DNA of 64,000 nucleotides from Candidatus Omnitrophota bacterium (GTDB lineage Bacteria; Omnitrophota; Gorgyraeia; Gygaellales; Profunditerraquicolaceae): NCBI GenBank assembly GCA_026387335.1, contig JAPLLX010000001.1, positions 234,620 to 298,619 of the forward strand, read 5' to 3'. Shown piece by piece: positions 55,699 to 64,000 of this stretch (position 1 is its first letter; each line of letters starts with the position of its first letter). The notes under the pieces were generated by a model. It saw only the letters and a program-made list of their open reading frames with translations, ran no database searches and was not told where the DNA came from. The position numbers and the translations under genes were made by a program.

Positions 55699-58497
55699 AT
55701 GAGTAAGAGATATTTTGCCTTGTCTTTGTTGTTTGTCTTCCTATTTTCAGTCATAACTACAGAAAATTCTGTTGCCGCCGGGCCGGCAGCCGAGTATTTA
55801 TGCGAACTCGGAGCTACTTTCTATAGTTTTGGTAAATATGATGAAGCCTTGGCTGAATTTAATAAAGCCTTACTGGTCGACCCCGAGAGTAAAGTCGCCA
55901 GGCAGTATATAAATGATATTTTTAAACAAAGCTTTAAGCCTTCCTTAACCGCAACTACTCCTGTAGTTAAAACTACCCCCCAGCCAAAAATATTGACTAA
56001 AGATGAAGCAATGAGCCAAGCTATGAATAAGGCTATAGATAAAATTGAACAGCCTATGCCTTCGCGAACCGCTGCTTATGTTCCCGAGTATGATTCTAGC
56101 GGAGTTAAACTTTTAAAAGAGGAAGAAAAAAGAGGGTTTAAGGCCGGGCCTTTCCGGGTTAGCGGAGAGATGCAACTAAGTTTTGGAGTCACTCCCGATG
56201 ACTTTATCTGGAAAAGGGCTAATTTTGATCTGAACGAAAAGTTTAAAAGCTGGCGTATGACTTCCGACGCAGGGTTTAACCGCAGGTTTAATACTTATGA
56301 CCCGGCGATTTATGATTCGCTTAGCGTGAACGTAGATACCGATAATAAAGAAGGTTTTAATTTCCATACCAATGTTACACTTGATCCATGGAGTTACGTT
56401 GGGAAGAGTTCTAAAACTACTGTAACCGGCTCTAATGGCGATACAGCCGAGATACAGGCTTATTACTGGTCAAATACCGGTTATGTATTAAATCATACAG
56501 CCTACACTTCTTTAAAAGGCGATACTTTCGGTATTCCGGAATTAAAAGTTAAAGACGGAGTAACCAGCGCGACTACTGTTGCTTCCTATCGCTATCCCGG
56601 AGTCGTCACCTACAATATTCCGGAAATGAAAATAAAACGTGAATTCCAACCCTTACGCGAATTATGGCTGGATTATGCCAATGACCAGATTAAATTCAGG
56701 GCATTTCCTATGGGGTATCAGGACCAGGCCTATACTTCGGATGATCCCTTAGGGATAACCAACCACGGGATATGGTGGAAAGACAGCAAATGGTTACGGG
56801 GTTATACGGCGGGAAATTATAACTCCGGCGATACGTCTCCCAGCTTTACTAAGGGCCGCTGGGATGACTCCCTATCATTTTTATCCAAAGATTCTACCGG
56901 TAAATATTTAACCGCCTTAAGGGGTTTTGCTTTTAATTTCCAGCCGGATGAAGCGACTTCATTTGATACTACTATAGCCGCCCCGAAGAATTTATGGCAG
57001 GATTACGCTCAAGTAGATAACGCGGTTATGGCTTCTCGGCTTAAGCATTATTTTGCGGATAATTTTATGCTCGGGGGCACATTTACCAACCGTTCAGGAT
57101 TTATTACCGATAAGAGCCAGAAGTTAGACAGCCTGAATTTTGTCGCGGGAGCGGATTTAGGTTATGAAATAAGAGACGGCTTAAAACTTCAGGCAGAAGT
57201 TTTAACCTCTAAATCAAAATACGATATGAGTAATTCTACTTACGAGACAGAATCCAGGGGTAATGCCTATTATTTTTCCTTTATTACCCGTTATCCCCAA
57301 AAGAGCATTATGGATTTAAAGTATGGTTACGACCAGATAGATAAGGATACGACTGAAAACTTTATGCTCAAAAGCAAATTTTATGGAGCGCGGATGGATA
57401 AAGGATTTGATTCGGCGCTTTCTGATTATCATAATACCCGAGCGGATGTTTTTTGGTCAAGACATATACATTTTCGCAAGCCCTTAAAATATTTTGGCGA
57501 GGGGCTAAATCCTAATTCTACTAATTGGGACGAGCTTAATTCTTCGCGCATTGGCGATGGCGTAGATGCGGGTAGAAGTGTTTTAGGTTTTCGTTTTGAG
57601 ACTTTCTTAGAGGATAAGTTCGCCAATCTTTTTGATATACGCAATGTGCACAGTAACGAAGGAAAATTTGTGGAGAACGTTGTGCGCGATGAAGCTACCT
57701 TGAAAGTTACGGATAAGCTCACTGCCAAAGGCTTAGGCATTTATCAGAAGATGCCTAGGACCATAAAAGGAATAGACCCGTTTGTTTATGACGGGAATAC
57801 GGGAGAATTTTACAAAAATTCCGCGGTTGTGGATGGCGAGGATCCTACGATTAAAACCGGTTCTCTCGGTTTAAACTATGATTTCTTTGACTGGCTAAGT
57901 TTAAACGGAACTTATGAAAGGACTAATGATTACTCGCTGGCTTACGGAGATTTCCCGCGCAATGCCTTAAGGAACGATACGACATTATTCGGAACTTATT
58001 ATCAGAATGATTACCTTTACCGCTATATCCAACCGCTTCTTTATGGCCAGGGAGTATTCCCGCAAGCTCCTTATGAATTCTATAATGTGTTTAAAACCGG
58101 CTTAAGAATAGCGCCTTTGGATAACCTGGAGATTTACCTTGATTATACGCGCAACGAATTTGAAGCAGCTTCCCTGGTCTCGGACAGTATGAACCATGTG
58201 GGCCTGGAAGTCGCTTATATGCCCACCAAAAAGATGGGGATACTCTTTAAATATATTTACTCGCGTTGCCAGGACCTTGAGGATTTGCAAAACGGAGACA
58301 CTTCTATTTCGGGGCATCATAATTTCTTCAGTGAATTCCGGTATTTACCTTCTAAAGAAGACGAATTTATTTTACAGTATGGGGTAGGAGATACTAGCTC
58401 CATCAGCAATTTAGCTTCTTTGGATCCTTATGGTGGCGGGATGCTTACTTTGGATACGCAACATATCATCCGCGCTTATTATCGCCGCAAGTTCTAA
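55699..58497 (+). CDS. Large secreted beta-rich protein, putative outer-membrane beta-barrel, with N-terminal TPR-like motif and Thr/Pro linker.
   Basis: Signal peptide (MSKRYFALSLLFVFLFSVITTENSVAA). One TPR-like helix pair. About 800 aa rich in Y/G/T/N/D with alternating hydrophobic pattern. C-terminal residue Phe (..YYRRKF). Confidence 0.5.
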   Translation: MSKRYFALSLLFVFLFSVITTENSVAAGPAAEYLCELGATFYSFGKYDEALAEFNKALLVDPESKVARQYINDIFKQSFKPSLTATTPVVKTTPQPKILTKDEAMSQAMNKAIDKIEQPMPSRTAAYVPEYDSSGVKLLKEEEKRGFKAGPFRVSGEMQLSFGVTPDDFIWKRANFDLNEKFKSWRMTSDAGFNRRFNTYDPAIYDSLSVNVDTDNKEGFNFHTNVTLDPWSYVGKSSKTTVTGSNGDTAEIQAYYWSNTGYVLNHTAYTSLKGDTFGIPELKVKDGVTSATTVASYRYPGVVTYNIPEMKIKREFQPLRELWLDYANDQIKFRAFPMGYQDQAYTSDDPLGITNHGIWWKDSKWLRGYTAGNYNSGDTSPSFTKGRWDDSLSFLSKDSTGKYLTALRGFAFNFQPDEATSFDTTIAAPKNLWQDYAQVDNAVMASRLKHYFADNFMLGGTFTNRSGFITDKSQKLDSLNFVAGADLGYEIRDGLKLQAEVLTSKSKYDMSNSTYETESRGNAYYFSFITRYPQKSIMDLKYGYDQIDKDTTENFMLKSKFYGARMDKGFDSALSDYHNTRADVFWSRHIHFRKPLKYFGEGLNPNSTNWDELNSSRIGDGVDAGRSVLGFRFETFLEDKFANLFDIRNVHSNEGKFVENVVRDEATLKVTDKLTAKGLGIYQKMPRTIKGIDPFVYDGNTGEFYKNSAVVDGEDPTIKTGSLGLNYDFFDWLSLNGTYERTNDYSLAYGDFPRNALRNDTTLFGTYYQNDYLYRYIQPLLYGQGVFPQAPYEFYNVFKTGLRIAPLDNLEIYLDYTRNEFEAASLVSDSMNHVGLEVAYMPTKKMGILFKYIYSRCQDLEDLQNGDTSISGHHNFFSEFRYLPSKEDEFILQYGVGDTSSISNLASLDPYGGGMLTLDTQHIIRAYYRRKF

Positions 58498-58499
58498 TT

Positions 58500-58565
58500 A
58501 AATAGGGACAGCGACCATTTTTCCTAGCATTGTTTATATAGGAAAAATGGTCGCTGTCCCTATTT
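58500..58565. terminator. Bidirectional terminator hairpin between convergent genes.
   Basis: Perfect 27-bp stem AAATAGGGACAGCGACCATTTTTCCTA / TAGGAAAAATGGTCGCTGTCCCTATTT with a 12-nt loop. A/T runs on both sides. Confidence 0.8.
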
Positions 58566-61500
58566 AATCTAAGTAAATATCTATTTTAGGGATTTGACGG
58601 GATCTTATGCTTTCAGCGTAAGGGCTGGGTATAACAGAGGAATTAAGCTCGATAGGTTTATCTTTATACAAAAGAATAATTTTTACGATTTGCGCCGGAT
58701 TCTGGCCAAAGGTATCTTTTCTTTTGGGATTATGATAAGTTACCCTTATTTTACTTAAGAAATTAAAACTATAGTCTCCCTTTTTATCGAACAGCCAGCC
58801 AGCAAGCTTCGGGTCAAACTTCAACATAAGCTTTCCAGCATCGATAAAGAAGGGGCTCTTCCCGGTATTGATCTTTAGCCAAATCTCCAAAAATTCGGCA
58901 GTTGAGCCGGAGAGGCGGGCAACAAACCCGTTTCCGTGCAGCTTTTTATCCGCAAAAGCGCTGCTGACCAAAAATGAAGAATTTTCCAGTATATTCCTGC
59001 CGTAGACCTCGGGTTTCTGAAAAGGTATGAGTACATTTTTAAATTCCGCGTAAAATTCCTTATACAATCCGGATTTTAAAAGTTCCAGTATATATTTATA
59101 CTCCATATGCAGCCAGATAGATTCATTCTCCAGCCAACCGGGAGCAAAAACCCGGCACCTGCCGATTTCTTCAGGCATTTTAGCTAAAGGCGCGGTTACC
59201 TTATACATCTTAAGTTTTTTGTCAAAAAGCCGGCTTTTCTTTGTCCCCCGGTATATCAGTAGTGCCTCTTGCTGATTATCCGCTAAACGCAGGGCGTGCA
59301 TCTGGACCTCTAAGAAAAGCGGAAGCCGGATTTGTTTAAATTTAATTGGTTTTATAAAATGATCGCCTAAGGTTTTATATTCAGCCACCTCATTAATAAA
59401 ATAACCGTAATAGACACTTTCTTTTTTATCCCAGGCTTTTAAGATCCCGGCATCAATCTTTTTTAACATTGTCTCGATTATGCCGGATAATTCTTGAATA
59501 GACATTTCGCTTTCGTTTCCGCTTAAACCCATTTTTGTCAGGGAGCGATATTGTTCCTTAAGAGAATGTGTTTCATCCCACCAGGCGTAATCGTCAAGGG
59601 CATTATTCAGGAAACCAGAAGTTAACTCCGCCAACCCGCCTAAGAAAGAAGATATTTCCTGCGTAACTTTTAGCTTATCCGTCCCCGCCTGTTGGAGCGA
59701 TTCTTGAATAAAAAGAACGAGGCGTTTTAATTCTATTGTTTCGCATAAGGATGAACCGAAAAGGGCAGGCAGCCCGTTTAAGGCATCAAACCAATCAGGT
59801 TTATCTGATTCCATCTCTATGCCGATGCCGAACGGGTCAAAGGAAGCAAACTTATTGGCCAGTAGGCAGAGAAGTTTATTAATCAACGTAGTCTCATATA
59901 TTTGGCCGTGTCCCGCTTGCGCCCTTACCAGGTGAGGAAATTCATGGCGTTTATGCAGCATTTCCTTTTTGGCGTTATCGCAAGTAACCGCGTGTAATTG
60001 CCGGGGTTTACCCTTATAAAGGAGGAATTTTTCACTGCGCGGTTTAACCACTTCGGAATTATCGAAGAAAGTAAATACGCGGTCAGTAAATAACAAGGTG
60101 GTAAGCCTTTCGGGGTAGACTTTTAAGTAGCTACTCAAAAGGTCAAGGTTATAATGCCAGTGGTCGCTCCAGTAGCCTTCGCCATGCTCAGCCTCATGGG
60201 TTTTCAGCGACGAGGAGATAACTAATTCCAAGAGTTCATCGTAAGAAACATTAAGCTTAATTTTGTTATCTTCCATAAATAAGATAACTTCGCCAGGAGT
60301 AAAAGGCTTGCCTAAAAATGAAATTATACTCTCTAAGTCTTTTTCCGGGCAGACTGATTTTAATTTTGTTTTCAGGCTTTCTTTATCTTGGAGTATAAAG
60401 TTAGAGCCTTTGACCACCAGCGGATTAAAGCCGTCAAGTTGAATCAAATTAAAGAGGCTTAATACATTTTCATCTTTTATTTCGGGGTTAAACCAGATAT
60501 CGTTTCTGCGATTCTGGTTTAAATCCCGGTAATTGCCGTTACCCTGAGAAAAATAGGTGGCGGAAAGCTGGAATTTGTTATAGTCGCGCTCAGGATCGCC
60601 GTGTTTACGGGAATAAAGGTAGAATGTTTCACCGGATTTAAAAGTAAAAGGGTAGCCGCCGCGTATCAGATTATCCAGATAAGTCTGCCGGGAATACAGG
60701 TTAAATTCTTTAGAAGCTGATGCGGTATAAGCGTCAGCCATTAATTCTTCAATAATGCGCTTATTTTCCTCTTTTTTTTGAGCAAGGTATCCAGAGCAAG
60801 TAATCCGGGGTAGAGATTGATTCAGTGTGTTTAGATTGCGCATATAGCCAAATAGAGAGTAAAAGGTTTGAGCTTGGTCCTTTTTTAATTTAAGCTTAAA
60901 GAAAGAAAAGGCAGAGGGGGTCTTGCTTTCAGTTATTAGTCCGGTAGGAAAAACAAAATTTTTATTTTTAAGGAAATTGCGCGGACAAGAGAAATCTGTG
61001 ATCAGCCCAAAGATATGTTCGGGGTCAACTATCGGCCTGGCTAATTTTGCTTTACTATCTGTAACAGTAAAGCTCAAGTAGAAATTCCCTTCGTGAATAT
61101 GGATGACTTCCGGACGGTCAACCGGGTCAACCTTTAAACGGTAGAAGGGAGCGTTAGCCTGAAGATTCTCTATACTCATCCAGGCCTCAATAGTACGGGA
61201 CATCTTCTTTAAAAAGAAATTACTTGTGCCAAAAGGCACTATCTGAGGAAGCCCATCAATTAATTCTATGTTTTTGTCGGTCTTGGCAATATTTTCTAAG
61301 CTTAAGGTTCTGGCCAGGCCGGCATAATTATCCGAAGGGATATTAAAATACTCCACCCGGGTCTTTAATCCTAGGGAAAAGTTAGTTTCTTCAAGCGCTA
61401 AACCTGCAGGGCTAATCAACATTTTATTAGTTAAATTATACCCGAGATTGCTAAAACCATTATGAAAAGGTTCATAAAAAACGGTCTTATTTTGGGAAAC

Positions 61501-61812
61501 TATCTTAATGAAGGTGCGAAATCCTTGGCTGCTAACAAGTTGCCAGGCTTTATTTGCCGGAAGGAATTCCAAAATGGCATGGTCTTTATCCTTTATCCCA
61601 AAACTAGAAATAGCCTGTCCCCGATTGACATAAAAAGTCCACATCGGGATTCCATATCTACCGGCTATTCCGGGAAAGAAGTTGGAAAACGGCTTGGCGT
61701 AGTTATAGTTTTCTATGACAAACTCGCCATCTGGGTTAAGGTAATATTTGGGTCTTCGCTCTATTGTTTTCATATTAAGATATTTTAACCTATTTAAGCT
61801 TTTTGTCCACAA
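58564..61812 (-). CDS. Large cytoplasmic protein (1082 aa) resembling GH94-clan glycoside phosphorylases ((alpha/alpha)6 catalytic domain).
   Basis: N-terminal block FVIENYNYAKPFSNFFPG ... FYVNRGQ resembles the GH94 N-terminal beta-sandwich. GNGNYRDLNQN aligns with the GH94 GxGDWNDxLN catalytic-acid motif. No signal peptide. Family not verified. Confidence 0.4.
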   Translation of the reverse strand: MWTKSLNRLKYLNMKTIERRPKYYLNPDGEFVIENYNYAKPFSNFFPGIAGRYGIPMWTFYVNRGQAISSFGIKDKDHAILEFLPANKAWQLVSSQGFRTFIKIVSQNKTVFYEPFHNGFSNLGYNLTNKMLISPAGLALEETNFSLGLKTRVEYFNIPSDNYAGLARTLSLENIAKTDKNIELIDGLPQIVPFGTSNFFLKKMSRTIEAWMSIENLQANAPFYRLKVDPVDRPEVIHIHEGNFYLSFTVTDSKAKLARPIVDPEHIFGLITDFSCPRNFLKNKNFVFPTGLITESKTPSAFSFFKLKLKKDQAQTFYSLFGYMRNLNTLNQSLPRITCSGYLAQKKEENKRIIEELMADAYTASASKEFNLYSRQTYLDNLIRGGYPFTFKSGETFYLYSRKHGDPERDYNKFQLSATYFSQGNGNYRDLNQNRRNDIWFNPEIKDENVLSLFNLIQLDGFNPLVVKGSNFILQDKESLKTKLKSVCPEKDLESIISFLGKPFTPGEVILFMEDNKIKLNVSYDELLELVISSSLKTHEAEHGEGYWSDHWHYNLDLLSSYLKVYPERLTTLLFTDRVFTFFDNSEVVKPRSEKFLLYKGKPRQLHAVTCDNAKKEMLHKRHEFPHLVRAQAGHGQIYETTLINKLLCLLANKFASFDPFGIGIEMESDKPDWFDALNGLPALFGSSLCETIELKRLVLFIQESLQQAGTDKLKVTQEISSFLGGLAELTSGFLNNALDDYAWWDETHSLKEQYRSLTKMGLSGNESEMSIQELSGIIETMLKKIDAGILKAWDKKESVYYGYFINEVAEYKTLGDHFIKPIKFKQIRLPLFLEVQMHALRLADNQQEALLIYRGTKKSRLFDKKLKMYKVTAPLAKMPEEIGRCRVFAPGWLENESIWLHMEYKYILELLKSGLYKEFYAEFKNVLIPFQKPEVYGRNILENSSFLVSSAFADKKLHGNGFVARLSGSTAEFLEIWLKINTGKSPFFIDAGKLMLKFDPKLAGWLFDKKGDYSFNFLSKIRVTYHNPKRKDTFGQNPAQIVKIILLYKDKPIELNSSVIPSPYAESIRSRQIPKIDIYLD

Positions 61813-61837
61813 ATTTCTCTCAGCGGATGGATTGTGG

Positions 61838-61866
61838 TTGACTTTTAGCCTAAGAAATGTTAATAT
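61838..61866 (+). promoter_or_regulatory. Putative sigma70 promoter for gatCAB (TTGACT-17-TAATAT).
   Basis: -35 at 61838-61843 and -10 at 61861-61866. AAGGAG RBS before the ATG at 61893. Confidence 0.45.
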
Positions 61867-61892
61867 AATTTTCTATAACTATAAGGAGCACT

Positions 61893-62180
61893 ATGAGTAT
61901 TGACAAAAAAACAGTTGAGAATGTGGCGCATTTGGCCCGCATTAACCTGGACAAAAAAGAACTGGATAAAATATCCGGCCAGCTGGAGCATATACTATCC
62001 TTTATTGATAAGTTAAGTTCTCTGAATACGGATAATATCGCTCCGACCAGCCACATACTCCCGATAAGTAATGTATTAAGAAAAGATGAACTGCGTAAGT
62101 CTTTGCCTATTGCCAAAACCCTGATGAACGCTCCCGCTAAACAGGGGAACTTTTTTGTAGTGCCCAAGATAATTGAATAA
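61893..62180 (+). CDS. gatC: Asp/Glu-tRNA amidotransferase subunit C.
   Basis: 95 aa. [15 protein letters not shown] ... typical GatC. Precedes gatA. Confidence 0.9.
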   Translation: MSIDKKTVENVAHLARINLDKKELDKISGQLEHILSFIDKLSSLNTDNIAPTSHILPISNVLRKDELRKSLPIAKTLMNAPAKQGNFFVVPKIIE

Positions 62181-63603
62181 AATGGAACTTTCTAGATTAA
62201 CTGCCCACGAACTCCTCGAAAAAATCAGGAACAAAGAAATAACCTCTGAACAAATCCATTCAGATTTAAATAAAAAAATAGAAGAACTGGATCCTAAGGT
62301 TAAGGCTTATGTTAGAACATCCCACACCTTAAATCCCGAACCCAGCGTTAATCTTAAAGGGATCCCTGTATCCATAAAAGACAATATCTGTACCGAAGGT
62401 TACCACACCGAATGTTGCTCAAAAATTCTCGCAGGGTTTAATCCTCCGTATAACGCTACTGTAATTAATCGAATAATCGCCTCCGGTAATAGTTTCCTAG
62501 GGCTTAAATGTAATATGGATGAGTTTGCTTTTGGCTCATCTACGGAAAATTCCTGTTTTGGCCCGACGCATAACCCCTGGAATTTAGAATGCGTCCCCGG
62601 AGGTTCTTCCGGAGGTTCGGCAGCGGCAGTGGCGGCAGACGAAGCGATTTGGGCGCTGGGAACAGATACCGGAGGCTCTATTCGTCAACCAGCCTCTTTC
62701 TGCGGTGTAGTGGGATTAAAACCTACCTATGGAAGGGTTTCGCGTTTTGGTTTGATTGCTTTTGCCTCCAGCCTTGACCAGATCGGGCCATTGACTAAAG
62801 ATGTCCGGGATGCCGCGCTCTTGATGAATATAATATCCGGGTACGACGCAAATGATTCGACTTCAGTAAATACTCCTGTCCCGGATTATACCAAAGATTT
62901 AATCAATGACATTAAGGGGATGCGGGTCGGTATCCCGAAAGAATATTTTGTTAAAGGACTGGACCCTGAAGTTAAAGCAGCAGTCGAGGAAGCCATAAGC
63001 AAACTAAAAAGTTTGGGGGCTCAATTTAAAGAAGTCTCTTTGCCTCATACTGAATACGCTGTGCCGGTATATTATATTATCGCTACAGCTGAAGCCAGTT
63101 CCAATTTAGCCAGATTTGACGCAGTCCAGTACGGTTTGAGGGAAGATCAGAAAAGCTTAATTGATATGTATAAGAAGACGCGCCAACTCGGATTCGGGGA
63201 TGAGGCTAAGCGCAGAATACTCCTGGGGACATTTGCCCTTTCGCATGGCTATTATGACGCCTACTACCTGCGGGCCCAAAAGGTACGCACGCTTATCAAA
63301 CAAGACTTTGATAACGTCTTCAAAGATTTTGACTGCATTATCACGCCGACATCTCCTACGCCGGCGTTTAAAATCGGCGAAAAGACGGATGATCCTTTAA
63401 AAATGTACCTATCAGACATCTACACTATATCGGTTAATCTGGCGGGAATTCCGGCAATATCTGTCCCTTGCGGTTTTACTAAAAAGGGGCTGCCTGTGGG
63501 CTTACAAATTTTAAGCCAGCATTTTAATGAAGGTGCGCTTTTACGTTTAGCTTATACTTACGAACAGAATACCGGGTGGCATAAAATTAAACTAAAATTA
63601 TGA
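62173..63603 (+). CDS. gatA: Asp/Glu-tRNA amidotransferase subunit A.
   Basis: Amidase signature [13 protein letters not shown]. Ser-cisSer-Lys triad context. Confidence 0.95.
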   Translation: MNKMELSRLTAHELLEKIRNKEITSEQIHSDLNKKIEELDPKVKAYVRTSHTLNPEPSVNLKGIPVSIKDNICTEGYHTECCSKILAGFNPPYNATVINRIIASGNSFLGLKCNMDEFAFGSSTENSCFGPTHNPWNLECVPGGSSGGSAAAVAADEAIWALGTDTGGSIRQPASFCGVVGLKPTYGRVSRFGLIAFASSLDQIGPLTKDVRDAALLMNIISGYDANDSTSVNTPVPDYTKDLINDIKGMRVGIPKEYFVKGLDPEVKAAVEEAISKLKSLGAQFKEVSLPHTEYAVPVYYIIATAEASSNLARFDAVQYGLREDQKSLIDMYKKTRQLGFGDEAKRRILLGTFALSHGYYDAYYLRAQKVRTLIKQDFDNVFKDFDCIITPTSPTPAFKIGEKTDDPLKMYLSDIYTISVNLAGIPAISVPCGFTKKGLPVGLQILSQHFNEGALLRLAYTYEQNTGWHKIKLKL

Positions 63604-64000
63604 ATTACGAAACAGTTATCGGGTTAGAGGTCCATCTTCAACTTAAAACTAAAAGCAAGGCTTTTTGCGGCTGCTCTACGGAATTTGGTCAGGAGCCTAA
63701 TACCCAGGTTTGTCCTGTATGTTTAGGTTTTCCCGGCTCTTTACCGGTATTTAACCAGACGGCTTTGGATTATGCTATTAAAGTTGCTCTGGCTTTGAAC
63801 TGTAAAATCCAGGAATACACAAAATTTGACCGCAAGAATTATTTTTATCCTGATCTGCCCAAAAATTATCAAATTTCACAATACGACCTTCCTTTATCGC
63901 TTGCCGGGTATCTTGATATTGAGTTGGAGGAAAGGCAAAAACGCATCGGTATTACCCGGGTGCATATGGAAGAAGACGCGGGCAAGCTTATTCATCAGGA
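63600..64000 (+). CDS. gatB: Asp/Glu-tRNA amidotransferase subunit B, 3' partial (runs off the window).
   Basis: ATG overlaps the gatA stop (ATGA). The translation [17 protein letters not shown] ... FCGC ... CPVCLGFPG is the canonical GatB N-terminus. It is absent from the ORF track because there is no stop in the window. Confidence 0.9.
   Translation, partial: MNYETVIGLEVHLQLKTKSKAFCGCSTEFGQEPNTQVCPVCLGFPGSLPVFNQTALDYAIKVALALNCKIQEYTKFDRKNYFYPDLPKNYQISQYDLPLSLAGYLDIELEERQKRIGITRVHMEEDAGKLIHQ

Overview
This is a 64 kb bacterial chromosomal window with moderate-to-low GC (about 40-45% by eye), very densely packed. 68 of the 69 called CDS lie on the + strand.

Most of the window is recognisable housekeeping:
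- tRNA modification and heat shock: miaB-like/miaA/hflX, then a CIRCE-controlled hrcA-grpE-dnaK-dnaJ heat-shock operon.
- Metabolism and envelope: accD, ROK kinase, transaldolase, lptD, and a UDP-sugar block (ugd, wecC-like, epimerase, uxs).
- Core machinery: dnaG-rpoD, two tRNAs (Met-CAT, Val-CAC), a COG1579 Zn-ribbon protein with rnhA, RNase P RNA, yebC-ruvC-ruvA, and a long overlapping operon scpB-pheA-hisC-DAHP synthase-tyrA-cmk-lepA-lepB-pgsA-plsY, ending with gatCAB.
- Signalling: a Cache/HAMP histidine kinase with a receiver-only response regulator, three GGDEF proteins (one PAS-GGDEF-HD-GYP), and an orphan MalK-like ABC ATPase.

The most unusual segment is 7191-11897. It has visibly higher GC and a different codon style, which suggests foreign origin. 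It encodes three tightly linked glycan-modifying genes: a DXD glycosyltransferase (GT32-like), a fusion of a GT25 glycosyltransferase, a P-loop-like middle region and an intact GH16 lichenase-type glucanase domain, and a NodU/CmcH-type carbamoyltransferase. Upstream, a histidine kinase, response regulator and GT-C-type membrane glycosyltransferase overlap by 4 and 11 nt and are probably co-transcribed. This looks like a candidate regulated pathway for a carbamoylated glycan.

Other notable items:
- A 32-bp perfect palindrome plus a GC hairpin upstream of the cvpA-nif3-dnaG-rpoD promoter.
- A structured repeat region upstream of the orphan ABC ATPase.
- A 932-aa secreted beta-rich protein ending in Phe, likely an outer-membrane barrel.
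- The only minus-strand gene, a 1082-aa protein resembling the GH94 glycoside phosphorylase clan.
- A MiaB-like enzyme lacking the TRAM domain.

All calls come from reading the translations and sequence by eye. No database searches were run.
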